A DNA stretch of 54,702 nt, counting the filler, from Catajapyx aquilonaris (Eukaryota), in the NCBI GenBank assembly GCA_000934665.2. It is 3 parts of 3 records of this genome, joined end to end, with 100 filler letters (N's around TTAATTAATTAA, not from the genome) between each part and the next. Parts side by side here need not be neighbours in the genome. Positions count along the whole stretch, not along the records: positions 36,559 to 54,702 come from JYFJ02006758.1; 2 more parts are not named here. One strand, 5' to 3'. Each line of letters opens with the position of its first letter. Within the stretch, counting starts at the first letter, position 1. Both the position numbers and the translations under genes were made by a program. Positions 43,117-53,869 of the stretch are shown here, piece after piece. The notes beneath the pieces were generated by a model. That model did no database searches. It saw only the letters and a program-made list of their open reading frames with translations, and had not been told where the DNA came from.

Positions 43117-45058
43117 TGACACACCAACAGCTAATAATAAAGGTCCATGCGATAAACCCTGATGGGTGAAACTTGGGTAGTGTAATAAATTCTGTGTCCC
43201 ATGGTTCGCTAAGACGCCATCTTGTTCAAGGTGCAACTCCTGTGGTAGGTAGCGGGTAGTCTGTCGCGATTGGCTGGATCTTTCTTCCGCAGACTTACCA
43301 CTTGAGTACACCTTGAAAAAGATGGCGGATAGCGAACGATGTAGCGCAGCCAGCGCCAAATTCCCAGCCTGGTGGAGACACAGAAATTAAACTATCGTAT
43401 CCATACAACTAGGGGGGAAGTGACACGGGGCTGAGTGAGGTAGTAGTATTAAATAATTATAATAATTTANGGGGGGGGGGCGGGGGAGAACACGTAAATG
43501 CGGGAGTCCCCCGCCCAATGCGGGAGGGTTGGCAGCTCTGCTACATCACAAAAAATGAAATATTTTATGATTGTCAGAGCTTTGATCTCATTACTTTATG
43601 TGTTAAATATTTGAAAAATAATATATGCAGATTTTCTGTTAAAAACCCGGGTCTTTGTAAAACACGCGAAAAACCCAAATTTTCCTAGGAAAAAAATCCT
43701 AGGAAATATTTCCCTGGCCTTTACAACACTAGCCCTAACCGTGACAGTTTGGCCGACTAATGGGCCTTGACCCTTGAAAAATTAAGCCTGATAATAATAT
43801 TATTAAGCCCCTGTCAGAGTCAACCCCATGGCAACAAGCAAGTTTCCATTATCTTGCACTACCCAAAAATGTGATGGTAACAAAATGGCCCAACCCTACT
43901 CAAGTGGGAAACAATTTGTTGGCTGTATTGTTTGTTGGATGTCCCCACAAGACAAACACCAATGATGCTCTCAGACAAGCAATACCCTAGCCCTGTAGCT
44001 ACCTGACTTGGGCAGATTTAGGATTAAATAATTGTCCCGTTTAATTTTATGGCGATTTCTGGCTTGGGTTGAGTAGGACTGGGCTGCCTCGAAACCATTT
44101 CTTCCCCAAGTGGACCTACGTACCTGTTGGTGACCTGTTCCCTCTCCGAAGGTAAGGTAGTGCATCATCCCTGATTGTCACTTATTCGATGGGCGAAAGT
44201 GGCAGTGCCTAGGCTGGGATGGATGGCAGGCACGAAGAGACAAGGAAACCGTTTTTTTCAACCGCTTCAACCCCAAAGGACGCTAGCTCAGATGGCGCCA
44301 CTCTACCACTACGGGACCGTTAAAAAAACCATAGCTGCTACACAAAAATGACTTGATTTGCAGATAGCAGTGAGCGTGAGAAGAAGAGTGGGATGCTGCT
44401 GCAGATTGACTCTTCTGGCACGGTGGACATATCAGTCTAGGTCGTTCGTACCATCCTACTCGACCACGTGCACTGGCAAGAGTTCGTGGATGCAAATATT
44501 GCAAATTCAAGATGGCTATATATTAGTGACGGAAATTAACTGCTCCTCCTATTATAGCATCACATTATGCATTTCGCGTTGTTATTAAAGAGTGTCAGTT
44601 CTGGTCAGACTGCCAGGTCAATCCAGACCGGGACGGCCATCTTGTGTCCAATGTCGCGGGAGGAAATTTAAATAGCAATGATGCTGGGGGAAAATGGCTA
44701 AGTTGTTAGGGGAAAAAATTAATTAAACCAGCTTTTCAATGAGGAGAGATGTGGGTAGGGGCCACGAGGTCTCATTACCGTCGTCCATTTCTACAAATCT
44801 GGCAACTCTTCAGGCGGAAAGGATCCAGGTGGAATATCTCTTTTATTCGACAAACCCTGGTGCATTTTTTTTTCTTCAGTTTATTTAGGAGACCGTATTA
44901 CAACATCATGACACACACATTGCTGTGGAAAAGTAGTCATCTTCTGCATAATTTAAATCCATTCTTTTCCCTTCAGATTTTGCTGGCCGGATACTAAACT
45001 ACCCTGTCGAGATCATCTTCCATGATTTTCCACCTTCTCAAACCACTTACTTGTCATA

Positions 45059-47326
45059 CTAGTTACCTTGGTCAACCTTCTTGCATGTGCCCCCCCGAAC
45101 ATGATCATTCAATTCATAGAGGTAGCGGAACCTGGTGCCACAGACCTTACAATTGAACCTCTTCCTCGCTGCACCACAAGCGTGACTCTTTAGACCAGAC
45201 TTCTCAAAGCACCTGTACCCACAATGCAGGCAAATATTATTTCTTTGGTTTAGATGAAACCTTTTATTGTGCCTGATAAGTTCCCAGGGCCTGCTGTAGT
45301 TTCTCTCACACAGGTCGCAGTATGTAACTTTAGTACGTGTAGCCCTACGTGAAGAACATGCAGGACTAGGATCATCATCCGGGGTGTCGTTCAGAGAAGA
45401 CTGACCAGAGTTGGGGATCGCGTTACTATCTGAAGAGGATGCGCTAACGGCTGCCTGTTGGTCGATGTGAAATCCTGGCAAATCTTTTGGGGCTTCAGCC
45501 TGTGGGATTTGGACAGACTCAACTTTAGTATATCGGTCAACTTAGGCATCTAATGTCATCTTGCCGATGTATTAATTCTAAAGAAACCCAATGAGTCATC
45601 AGAACCAGGGAGTGAGTGTAATACAATTTAGAAAAATTTAGAAAATAGAAAATTTCAAGGGGAATGTTAAAAAATTCCCTAAGGCAAGTAACTTGGGGCA
45701 TGGATTTTTAAAAGCCACAATGGCTATGAAAAATGCACTTCAGTGTCATTTGTCAAGTAGTAAAATAAGAATCAAAGTTCCTTACCGTTTCCGCTTTCTG
45801 AGAAGTATCCGGAGAGACATCCGGTTCCATGGGAGTCTCTCGGTCGCTATCACAAACCTGTTGATCAAAAGAGAGTGCTGAGTGACATTGTAAAAACTTT
45901 TCACTCTGTATTTTCTCAATGATTAATTGTTTCATTTATCATTCGGCTATTTTCATTTGATTGTTGTGTACTTTCCCGAATTTTTTAAAAGCTCTATGCG
46001 TATTTTCTTTGCATATCTACGATTATTTTATGCTCTTTCCCAGCTAACTGGCTAGTATACTGACCCCAACACAATTAGCGACACCATTGTTCAGGTCAGG
46101 GCAGTCGGAGACAGTGATTGGAGTGTCATCATCTCCCTCTTGTACGGTGGACGTAGGTACCTCAGAGCCCGAGTTCACATCGGACTGAACGAAGTTGGGC
46201 ATCATGTAACTATTGAACCAATGGTCGATGGAAAATCCTGGCATGTTCTGTGTGATTGAGACATATCCATATGTTAACAACTCTAGTAGATTTGTCAATT
46301 TATGCATCACAGGTCACCCTGCAAATGTGATATGTTGAAGGATTAACCTAATGAAACTCAAGCAGTCAATCGTATGCGGGCATCATTGCAATGACATCGA
46401 GAAAATGTGTACTATTTTTCAAGTGGAAGGTGAAGATTTCTAAGGTCTGTTTCGAGCATGGATTTTAAAAAGTAATATATGGCCATAAAGATTTATGCAC
46501 TAGCCGTCACACTTATCAAGCAGTAAAATATTAGAGTAAAGTTCCTTACCTCTGCCTGAGATGTGCGCATAGAGATGTTCTGTTCTGTGGCAAACTCTGC
46601 TTCTACTGGAATAAACTGTCGATCCAAAGGTGAGTGCAAAGGACATATTGTACAGTATAAAATGACATACTATGTGTATACACTTATACAGCCCATGAGA
46701 TAGAGTGAAAAGGAGGCGGAAACAATAATTCATAAAGGCAACGGAACACATAATATTTACTGACCTCCGCAAAACCGAAGGCGTCATCGTCCAGTAAAGG
46801 GAAGCCCCAGTCCCAGTCAGTGCTTTCAGTTCCATCACTGTATGTAAAGTTGTCCGTGGGTACCTCAGAGTCAGAATTATTCTGATTGGACTGATAGGAG
46901 TAGACACAACTACCCCATGCTTGCTGATTGATGTCGAAACCTCGCATATCTCCTTGGGCTTCAGCCTGTGGGATTAGGTAGACTCATTACTTAACATAGT
47001 TAAATAATAATTAATCATCGTGTGCATTACGGGTCACTTTAAGTTTGGCATTTATACATATTAAAATGAATCTAATGGTCATAACAATTTGTATTTGTCA
47101 GAGAGAATTTTTATAATCTCCACTGCTCATAATGTGCATTTATGATCATTGTTAAGTCCCTATTTGTTGTTCTAACAATCAGGCAAAAATGATCTTGATT
47201 TTTTGAAACACTCAATTGTTGTCGTGCAGTGAAATCAAGCATCAAGGTCCTTACTAGTGGCTGAGATGAGTTTACAGGTGTAGTGCTATCCATTGCAGAG
47301 GCTCTCTCCTGGGTGATATCACGAGG
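45059..47326 (-). CDS. Zinc-finger protein, 3' exons 47326-47255, 46965-46765, 46615-46550, 46247-46065, 45857-45786, 45499-45059 (all phase 0); start lies upstream
   Basis: Each exon has an AG acceptor and length divisible by 3 (72,201,66,183,72,441), and each non-terminal exon a GTAAGG/GTCAGT donor. The last exon has CDLC..H....H (C2H2) and two C2HC fingers. A possible further 33-nt exon lies at 48015-47983. Confidence 0.75.
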
Positions 47327-48076
47327 CTGTAGATGAACAGGAAAGGAAAGAGAGAAAATAACATTTTCTATTATTGCATGTACGATACAGAGTATTTCAT
47401 ATTTCAATCGAAAAACACCTAGACCTCCTCGGCACCAGCAAATCATTTTATGTGGAGGTGCTGTTTGATGTCAGCAGCCTAGTTCCTGAGAAAATCGGAT
47501 ATTTATCATGTAGTACGAGTATAACATAATTATCATTGAAGGTTTGCATCCGACTTATACAGAAGGAGCCAAGTGTCTGGTTGTTGTGCTTCTTTCGCAC
47601 CAAGCAGTATTGGCTGTAGTTAGCATCATCATTGGTAATGCACGAAAAAATTACTGCAATAAATATGCCTGTAACCATTGTTATGGAAAAGAAATTTATT
47701 CATGCAAATATTATTATAATAACTTATCAGTAATCAACTAATCACAATCATGTTAATCAATCCTCTTAATCTGTGACCTGACAATCCTGAAAAGTTTTCT
47801 TTTTTTGTATATTGCTTGTACTTCTATAACTCCTTGAAAAGTGTAACATGCTAGTACGAGTACAGTATTATACGGTCTGGTGGCAGAGATAACTCAGGCC
47901 TTTTCTTTATTCATTCTCATTTACTATATGTAATGGTCAGTATACATTTACTTGACCACAGATACCAACTAACAACACATACAATGGTGAAAGGTATTTC
48001 CTGGCTATGCGTGTCCTTATAAACAAGAAGAGTGTAGGTTTTGTCCAGTAAACAGAGGTTGCAAAGTTATACTGTA

Positions 48077-48288
48077 CAGGGTGACTGTATTATAGGTAAC
48101 TGTAATAACATAATAGGTGACTGTAATAACGTAGGTAATTAAATTGCATTGTGGGTTTTCAGTTGTGCCAACTCCAAGTATACCAACTCAGACTTTATTG
48201 ACTATCAATAACCTGCTAGTTTGCACAACTGGAAACCAACAATTCAATCCAATTACCTAATTGTATCCTGACTTTATGGAGTCATCCT
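48077..48288. mobile_element. Tc1/mariner-type MITE with internal inverted repeat
   Basis: TA-CAGGGTGACT...AGTCATCCTG-TA; inner TAGGTAATT...AATTACCTA arms. Confidence 0.7.
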
Positions 48289-48977
48289 GTAAAAGGTACA
48301 ATATAGTCAAAATGGAGTGTCAGTTGCTTCATTGTGAATCTGACTCCAGTGCACACTGTATATGAATGTGCACAGTAATGACTGACTAAAAATAAGGCCA
48401 ATACCAATAGTTTCGTCCAGACTTGATGATTTTACACTTTCGTTTTACACATCACACTGGTTTGAATGTTATCCTAATTGCTAAAATATTCAGATATTTC
48501 TCTAATACTATTTTAGAACAGTTATTTGGCATGGTTCAACTGAGAATGACATTAATGTACAAAAATATTTATGATTGTGAATTAAACTTCATAAAATGGG
48601 AAGAAGCTAAATAAATTATTGACAAATGAACTTAATTGATTGCTATGTAGTTGAAGTGAATGTAAAAGGCTATTAAGGAAAAGAAAGGAAAGTAATTATT
48701 ATTAAGCCATTTTGATGATAACGGTGCCCAACATTGATTAAAACTGAGATGTAGTGATCTTTCCATTTTAACTGCTGTGCTTATAATGCATGTGTGCATG
48801 TATAAACATGTGTGTTGGGTCGCGATTGGTTCAAATCCTTGGGAATCAAAATAGAGGGCTCACCTACACTGGTGGCTCCCGGGGCAACAGAAGCAGGACC
48901 TAGAGTTAGACCAGGGGTGAGGAGAGTGGGTGGACACTGGACAGCGACCACATGGAGGGTTCTGTCCACACTCTGTG

Positions 48978-49160
48978 GATGCTCAGCTCAGGCATGAGAA
49001 TGACAGTCTCAAGCAGGCACTGGCACGAAGTTCCGCCATTACGAAGAAATGGGAGGTTGAGCTACAGACATTGAAGGACAACAACAGCCAGCTTACTTAT
49101 GCCCTGCAGGAGTTAGCGGCCAACATGGAGGACTGGAAGTGACAGCTACAGGCACACAAG
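48978..49160 (+). pseudogene. Homer: Captured Homer coiled-coil fragment
   Basis: DAQLRHENDSLKQALARSSAITKKWEVELQTLKDNNSQLTYALQELAANMEDWK*QLQAHK matches the Homer pattern QLKYENxRLKxALAQSxANAKKWExELxTLKNNNxRLTxALQESTANVxEWKRQL. Confidence 0.9.
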
Positions 49161-49333
49161 CACTTCGTTACGCTCAGCCTTTCAAGCAGCCCAGACGACC
49201 AGTCTCAGAAGAAGTCCACTTCCGAGAAGAAGACTACACCAAAGAAAGTTTTCCCAGAGAAGACCTTAGGTGAGGAGGAAGCTGACGAACAGCCATTGGT
49301 GGCTGATGGTGAAAAATTCTTGAATCAGCAAGA

Positions 49334-49419
49334 TCAGAAGAATAAGAAGACGAAGAAGAAGAAGAAGAAGAAGAAGAAGAAGAAGAAGAAGAAGAAGAAG
49401 ACGAAGAAGAAGAAGAAGA
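49334..49419. repeat. (AAG)n microsatellite, poly-Lys in frame
   Basis: AAG run with two ACG interruptions. Confidence 0.95.
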
Positions 49420-49867
49420 ATGACCTGACCCGAGTGCTGAAGGACATGGACTCGGAACAGATGACCATGGACCACCAAGCTGCCATAGGGGAAGGGGGGC
49501 AGGCCCGTGAGTTCCAGGCGGGTGCCCTCGTGTACGCCCAGGACGAGGTAGCTGGGGGGAATTGGGCCAAAGGGAGGGTTATTTCTCCAGCAGGTCCCAG
49601 ATCCTACCTGGTGGAAGTTGCAGGAGGACAACAATGGAGACGACATGTGAACCACCTGCTCCAAAGATTGGGGAGGAAGGACGATGATACACCAGTGCGG
49701 GGTACATCGGATGTCCGTCAATGGCCTCCTGAAGCAGTCCAGTGGGCGGACCCAGCAGTGAGAGTGCGAGCGGACCAGCAGTTGCTCCAAATATTTAGGA
49801 GGAAGGACGAAGACGATGAGACACCAGAAGACCAAGGAACTAATGAAGCAGTCCAGAGGGCGGACTC

Positions 49868-50211
49868 AGCAGTGTGAGGAGGCGCGGACATCCTACGACC
49901 AGAGCATCTCCATCTTTGACAGCTCCTTATTGGCTAAAATAGTTGCAGCACTCCAGGATCTGAAAGTAAGCCCATAACTTCTTGTCCCGTCTCCTTGGGT
50001 ACTTGAGCAGTGGCAGAGGAGTCCGCTCGTGCTGCCTCTGCGCCCTGACAAACCTATGTCCCCTCTGGAACTGGGCCTCCAACCAGCGAATTGCGTCACG
50101 TGCACGCTGCTCTGTACGCTTCAATGCGTCCAGGCTGCCCACCACTGTGTTGGGAATTATGAGTATGAACCGCTTGGGTCTGACCAGATTGAGATGGCCT
50201 GTCAACGCAAG
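49868..50211 (-). pseudogene. SMG5: Captured SMG5 PIN-domain fragment, antisense to the retroelement
   Basis: ALTGHLNLVR-PKRFILIIPNTVVGSLDALKRTEQRARDAIRWLEAQFQRGHRFVRAQRQHERTPLPLLKYPRRRDKKLWAYFQILECCNYF matches the SMG5 C-terminal PIN pattern (RFIVIIP.TV...LD.LK.....ARD.IR.LEA.F..G.R..R.Q). Confidence 0.9.
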
Positions 50212-50368
50212 CATCGCAGAAGAGACCCAGGACCCGCAGTCGGATTTCGTGGAGACACACCCTGGACCAGAGCTGCGACGGAGTGGGAGGGTCACTAGAC
50301 GACCACCACCCCTACAGGACTACGTCTAGCTCAACTTGCAGAAGATTGTTTTCCTGATTTTTTGTTCT

Positions 50369-50380
50369 GGGGGGAAGGAA
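50369..50380 (+). other. Polypurine tract
   Basis: GGGGGGAAGGAA immediately before the LTR's TG. Confidence 0.88.
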
Positions 50381-50556
50381 TGTTGTGTCCTGTAATTATT
50401 GTAACCAGTTGCCAGACAACTGTGACTTGTTGTTGTCTTGTATGTAGGAACAGACCGAGTAGCTGGTCTGTATTCTCGAGCTCCTATCTGATACTTGCAA
50501 TACACCTGTTTAGTTCATCAGCCTGAGTCCTTCTTACCAGCCGCCAATACACAACA
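50381..50556 (+). repeat. 3' LTR (176 bp)
   Basis: TGTTGTGT...ACACAACA 8-bp terminal inverted repeat; follows the PPT. Confidence 0.88.
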
Positions 50557-50589
50557 AATGCCAACCTGGGATAAGTGCTACGGTATCTA

Positions 50590-51107
50590 CAGGGTGTATC
50601 AAAACTCTACCATAAGCCATGTACTATGGGCGCCAAAAGAATTGACCGGATTTGATGGGTATATGGCTCTATATACCCATCAACTCCGGTCAATTCTTTT
50701 GGCGCCCCTAGTACCAATGGCATAAGGGGCACCAGAGCATCATTATATGTAGAGGGGTCATCATCTCTAGGCCGCCTCATTACGGAGATAATTGCCTTCA
50801 AACACGTAGTACAAGGTATCCTGGGAGGTATGGAAACCTTCAGCCCCGACATCGCATCACTCGTGAAAATAGCAGCTTTTCCATTTATCTACTAGCATGT
50901 CGCATGTGTACTGCATGTAGCATGTGATCGGTGACCATTTGTGACAATCTGTGACAATCACTCTTAGGCCCAATTGCTAAAACGCAAATGATCAATTATC
51001 TCAGTAATGAGGCTGCCCAGACATAATGACTCCTCTACATTAATTGATCCCCTGGTGCCCATTACGCCATTGGCATATGGCTTATGGTGGAGTTTTGATA
51101 CACCCTG
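50590..51107. mobile_element. Tc1/mariner-type MITE (family of 8832-9283) with a nested insertion
   Basis: TA-CAGGGTGTATCAAAACTC...GAGTTTTGATACACCCTG-TA; shared CTAGGCCGCCTCATTACGG...ATAATTGCCTTCAAACA core. Confidence 0.92.
50624..50711. mobile_element. 88-bp hairpin MITE inserted at TA inside the larger MITE
   Basis: GGGCGCCAAAAGAATTGACCGGA...TCCGGTCAATTCTTTTGGCGCCC; TA duplicated (50622-3, 50712-3). Confidence 0.9.
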
Positions 51108-51144
51108 TATAATATTAAAATGCTTGCGGACTATGTATAAGCCC

Positions 51145-51290
51145 TCTGATTGGTCCGCCCCCATATTGTTCCCGCCACCGCTTCCTATTGGCCCCTGTTC
51201 AGTGTTCCCTGGACATATTGTTACCATGACGCCTTGACTCGCATTGACGCATTGACTCCGATTGGCCCCCCTTCCGAGCATGCGCAATGG
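51145..51290. promoter_or_regulatory. Candidate promoter: three ATTGG (CCAAT) boxes, GC boxes, NRF1-like GCATGCGC
   Basis: GATTGG ~51148, TATTGG ~51186, GATTGG ~51260, CCGCCC, GCATGCGCA. Confidence 0.4.
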
Positions 51291-51570
51291 GTGGAAGAAC
51301 GCCACAGTCGCCTGCTGGACGTCAACGAGGACACATCATTCTCCTCTCCCGTGAAAACCCCTCCACCCTTCCACCTTCCTCCGCCCGCACGTCTTCACGG
51401 TGACCTCACAACAGGGGAGGGGGAGAGGAGGAGGGGAATGGAACGTGCCGTAAACAAACCGAATCGAATATTGGCCAAGGTCGGGATGTTGTGTATCAGT
51501 GGTGCCAATAACTCCATGGACGTTTATTAACAAAGTAAAATAATTTCGGTTTTTTTAAACGAGGTCCTTA

Positions 51571-51800
51571 CTGCTCCCGTCGAGAGAGATGAGAAGACCG
51601 TAACTCAATGTCCACTTCCCCTTGCGGCGAGAAAAATAATCAGTGGTGCCAAAAGCACCCAACAGGTGGAGTTGGGATGCCGTTCCTTTTTCCCCCTTCC
51701 CCCAACGCCACCTCTTGGATGCTTTCGGTAACACTTGCTTTCTTTTCTCGCCGCAAAGGAAGTGAACATTGAGTTACGGTCCTCTCACATCTGACGGCAG
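51571..51800. mobile_element. Hairpin MITE
   Basis: GACCGTAACTCAATGT.CACTTCC.TTGCGGCGAGAAAA mirrored at 51743-51781; TA flanks. Confidence 0.8.
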
Positions 51801-51974
51801 TACTGGCATCCCCAGTGGAAAGAGTTGGTAAGCAGGATTAGCCGCGATATTCAACACTGAACCCGGGGATAGGCCGAGAACGTCAAAAGAAAGTGGCGGG
51901 AAGAATGAAACCAGTTTTTGATCATCTAATGTTATTTTTTAAATTGTAGTTATTTTTTAATTTATTAAAATAAT

Positions 51975-52033
51975 CGTGGCCACCCTCGACCCCCACGGAG
52001 AAGGCTTCGCGACCACCAGGTTGGGAACCACTG
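51975..52033. mobile_element. Isolated Buster-hAT terminus
   Basis: GAAGGCTTCGCGACC...GGTTGGGAACCACTG followed by atcTAata; matches the end of the 266-3250 element. Confidence 0.8.
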
Positions 52034-52843
52034 ATCTAATACAGACACTGCCATAAGTTCCATTGGCTGATTATAATAAGGGAAGTTATGAGCAGTTAGA
52101 AAAACGCGGTCCGAAAGGGTGCATATAAAATTATTATTTAGATACATGTGTGCGAGTGCATGCGAGTAGAGGCGGTAGAGGTTGTTCATACGCGGTTGGG
52201 TGTTCATACAATAATAAACTGTGGGTGTGTTTTTTTGGTGTTTTGTTTTAAATTGCAAAGGTATGGGTATGTTGAGGTGGGCAGATGCATATTTCCCAGC
52301 CAATGCAAAGGTGGGATTGCAGATTTAGTCCGGCGGCTTAATGCCGATATGTGGCTGAATTATGCACTTCGAGCCAAAAGCGATTTTAATTTTTTTTCGT
52401 GATGTACTATGACCAGCAAAAAGATTGGCATACCTTCTTTTGTTTTTCTGTGTTTATGTGTTGGCTATCCTGGCGCTGCCAGGTAACCGTGGTTGATTAT
52501 TTTGAGAAATTTCGGAATCCACAACACCGCGATCACCGGTCACGGTCCCACGGCCGCATTGTCCCTTGGCCAAAGGGTAACCAAGGGTTGTTTGCTTAGA
52601 TAGAGCAAGTGACGTACGAGTTAATTAAGGATTTGTAATCAGTGGGGATCACTTCTCCCTATACCTATTACTATATTATCCATTTGGTCAGACGTGGACG
52701 ATACCTTGTTGCCAAATAACGCCCGATGGATGTCCACATGAAGCACTTTTTTTCGGTTTTGCAATATATGAAGCACGTGTGATGCCATGTTAGCGAGAGG
52801 CATGCACATATCTGGTGATATGCTATTGCTAGTGATCAGACAT

Positions 52844-53130
52844 TGCTATCCTTGTGAGGATTTTTTTCGCTTGTTTCCTATCCTTGTGAGGACCGAAAAC
52901 CTTACGAGGACTTTTTTCAGGCCCTCATAAGGTACACAGTCCTCACAAGGATGGCGGAAAATCAAACCAAGACCTCCTTTTTACTGTGAAAAAATAGGTC
53001 ACCAAAATTTCGTGTGTATTTTGTAGGTTAGGTTAGGTTAGGTTAGGTTAGGTTAGTTTTAAATTTTTATTTTTGCCAGACCCTCACAAGGATAGCACTT
53101 TATAACGTGTGTGTGTGTGTGTGTGTGTGT
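52844..53130. mobile_element. Small element with 16-bp inverted repeats, internal (TTAGG)n and terminal (GT)n
   Basis: TGCTATCCTTGTGAGG (52844-52859) / CCTCACAAGGATAGCA (53082-53097); TTAGG x5+ at 53024-53056; (GT)12 at 53107-53130. Confidence 0.7.
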
Positions 53131-53217
53131 TTTTAAAAATAAGGCTGTGGTTTTTGCGTATGTGCTGTCTCTATTATTTGGGACTCCTATCGTCACTGAA
53201 TGCCACTATAGTTTGAC

Positions 53218-53218
53218 G

Positions 53219-53265
<47 letters not shown>

Positions 53266-53287
53266 GGTGGTGGTGGTGGTGGTGGTG
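53218..53287. repeat. Compound microsatellite (GTT)n(GGT)n
   Basis: Directly visible. Confidence 0.96.
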
Positions 53288-53869
53288 CCTGAACTGGTTA
53301 ACCGTTAACGCTATGGAGGAGGTAATGACATGAACCGCTTTTTCTTTTAGGGGTATATTGAAACATTTAATATCTGCATATACACAGCACATACTCCGTA
53401 AACCAAACATAAGGTATGCCCAATTGCCCATGTCCTAGAAAACAATGCATTCAAATGAAGACCTGAATTTCGAAAGGTCCCAAGTGCATTTTTTCTGCCA
53501 ATTTGCGTTTTTGTCGCCAAGTTGTTCTATAGCAAAGGACTCCTCTGGCCCGAATGCAGAATCATCCCAAGACCGAAAGAAAGCACATAATTTTGGCTAT
53601 CCTTGGTTCTTGCTGCATGGAATATAGTCCCATCTCCCATGTCCATGGACATGTGATGTTTTTCCGTGCAGGAAGGCAGGTTTAGTATGCTGTATACACC
53701 ACTATTTTCCAACAAGTGGGCACAGTTTTTTTTACCTTGCAATTCACTGTTACAAAAAATCATACAACCTCCCTCCTTCTGATCTTCTCTATTTTGGCAC
53801 TCTCCTGAAAAGTTAATCATTCCTGGACTTGGGACCTTTTGCAATTCAGGTCTTCAAATGGTGTAAATC

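Larger units (their letters stand above)
48812..50556 (+). mobile_element. Ty3/Gypsy (K02A2.6-like) LTR retrotransposon derivative; 5'-truncated, lacking RT/RNaseH/integrase core, carrying host gene fragments
   Basis: Protease end LGRDWFKSLGI; integrase C-terminal REFQAGALVY..W..GRVISPAGPRSYLVEV..WRRHVNHL; pol tail LRRSGRVTRRPPPLQDYV*; polypurine tract; 3' LTR. Confidence 0.9.

Noticed and set aside
49266..49835. Hydrophobic poly-Leu/Phe ORFs on the - strand
   Set aside because: Antisense shadows of the (AAG)n tract and the Gypsy ORF.
53024..53056. True telomere
   Set aside because: Only ~6 units, internal, and inside an inverted-repeat element.
53111..53431. Poly-His/Gln and poly-Leu/Val ORFs
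   Set aside because: Translations of the (GTT)n(GGT)n microsatellite.
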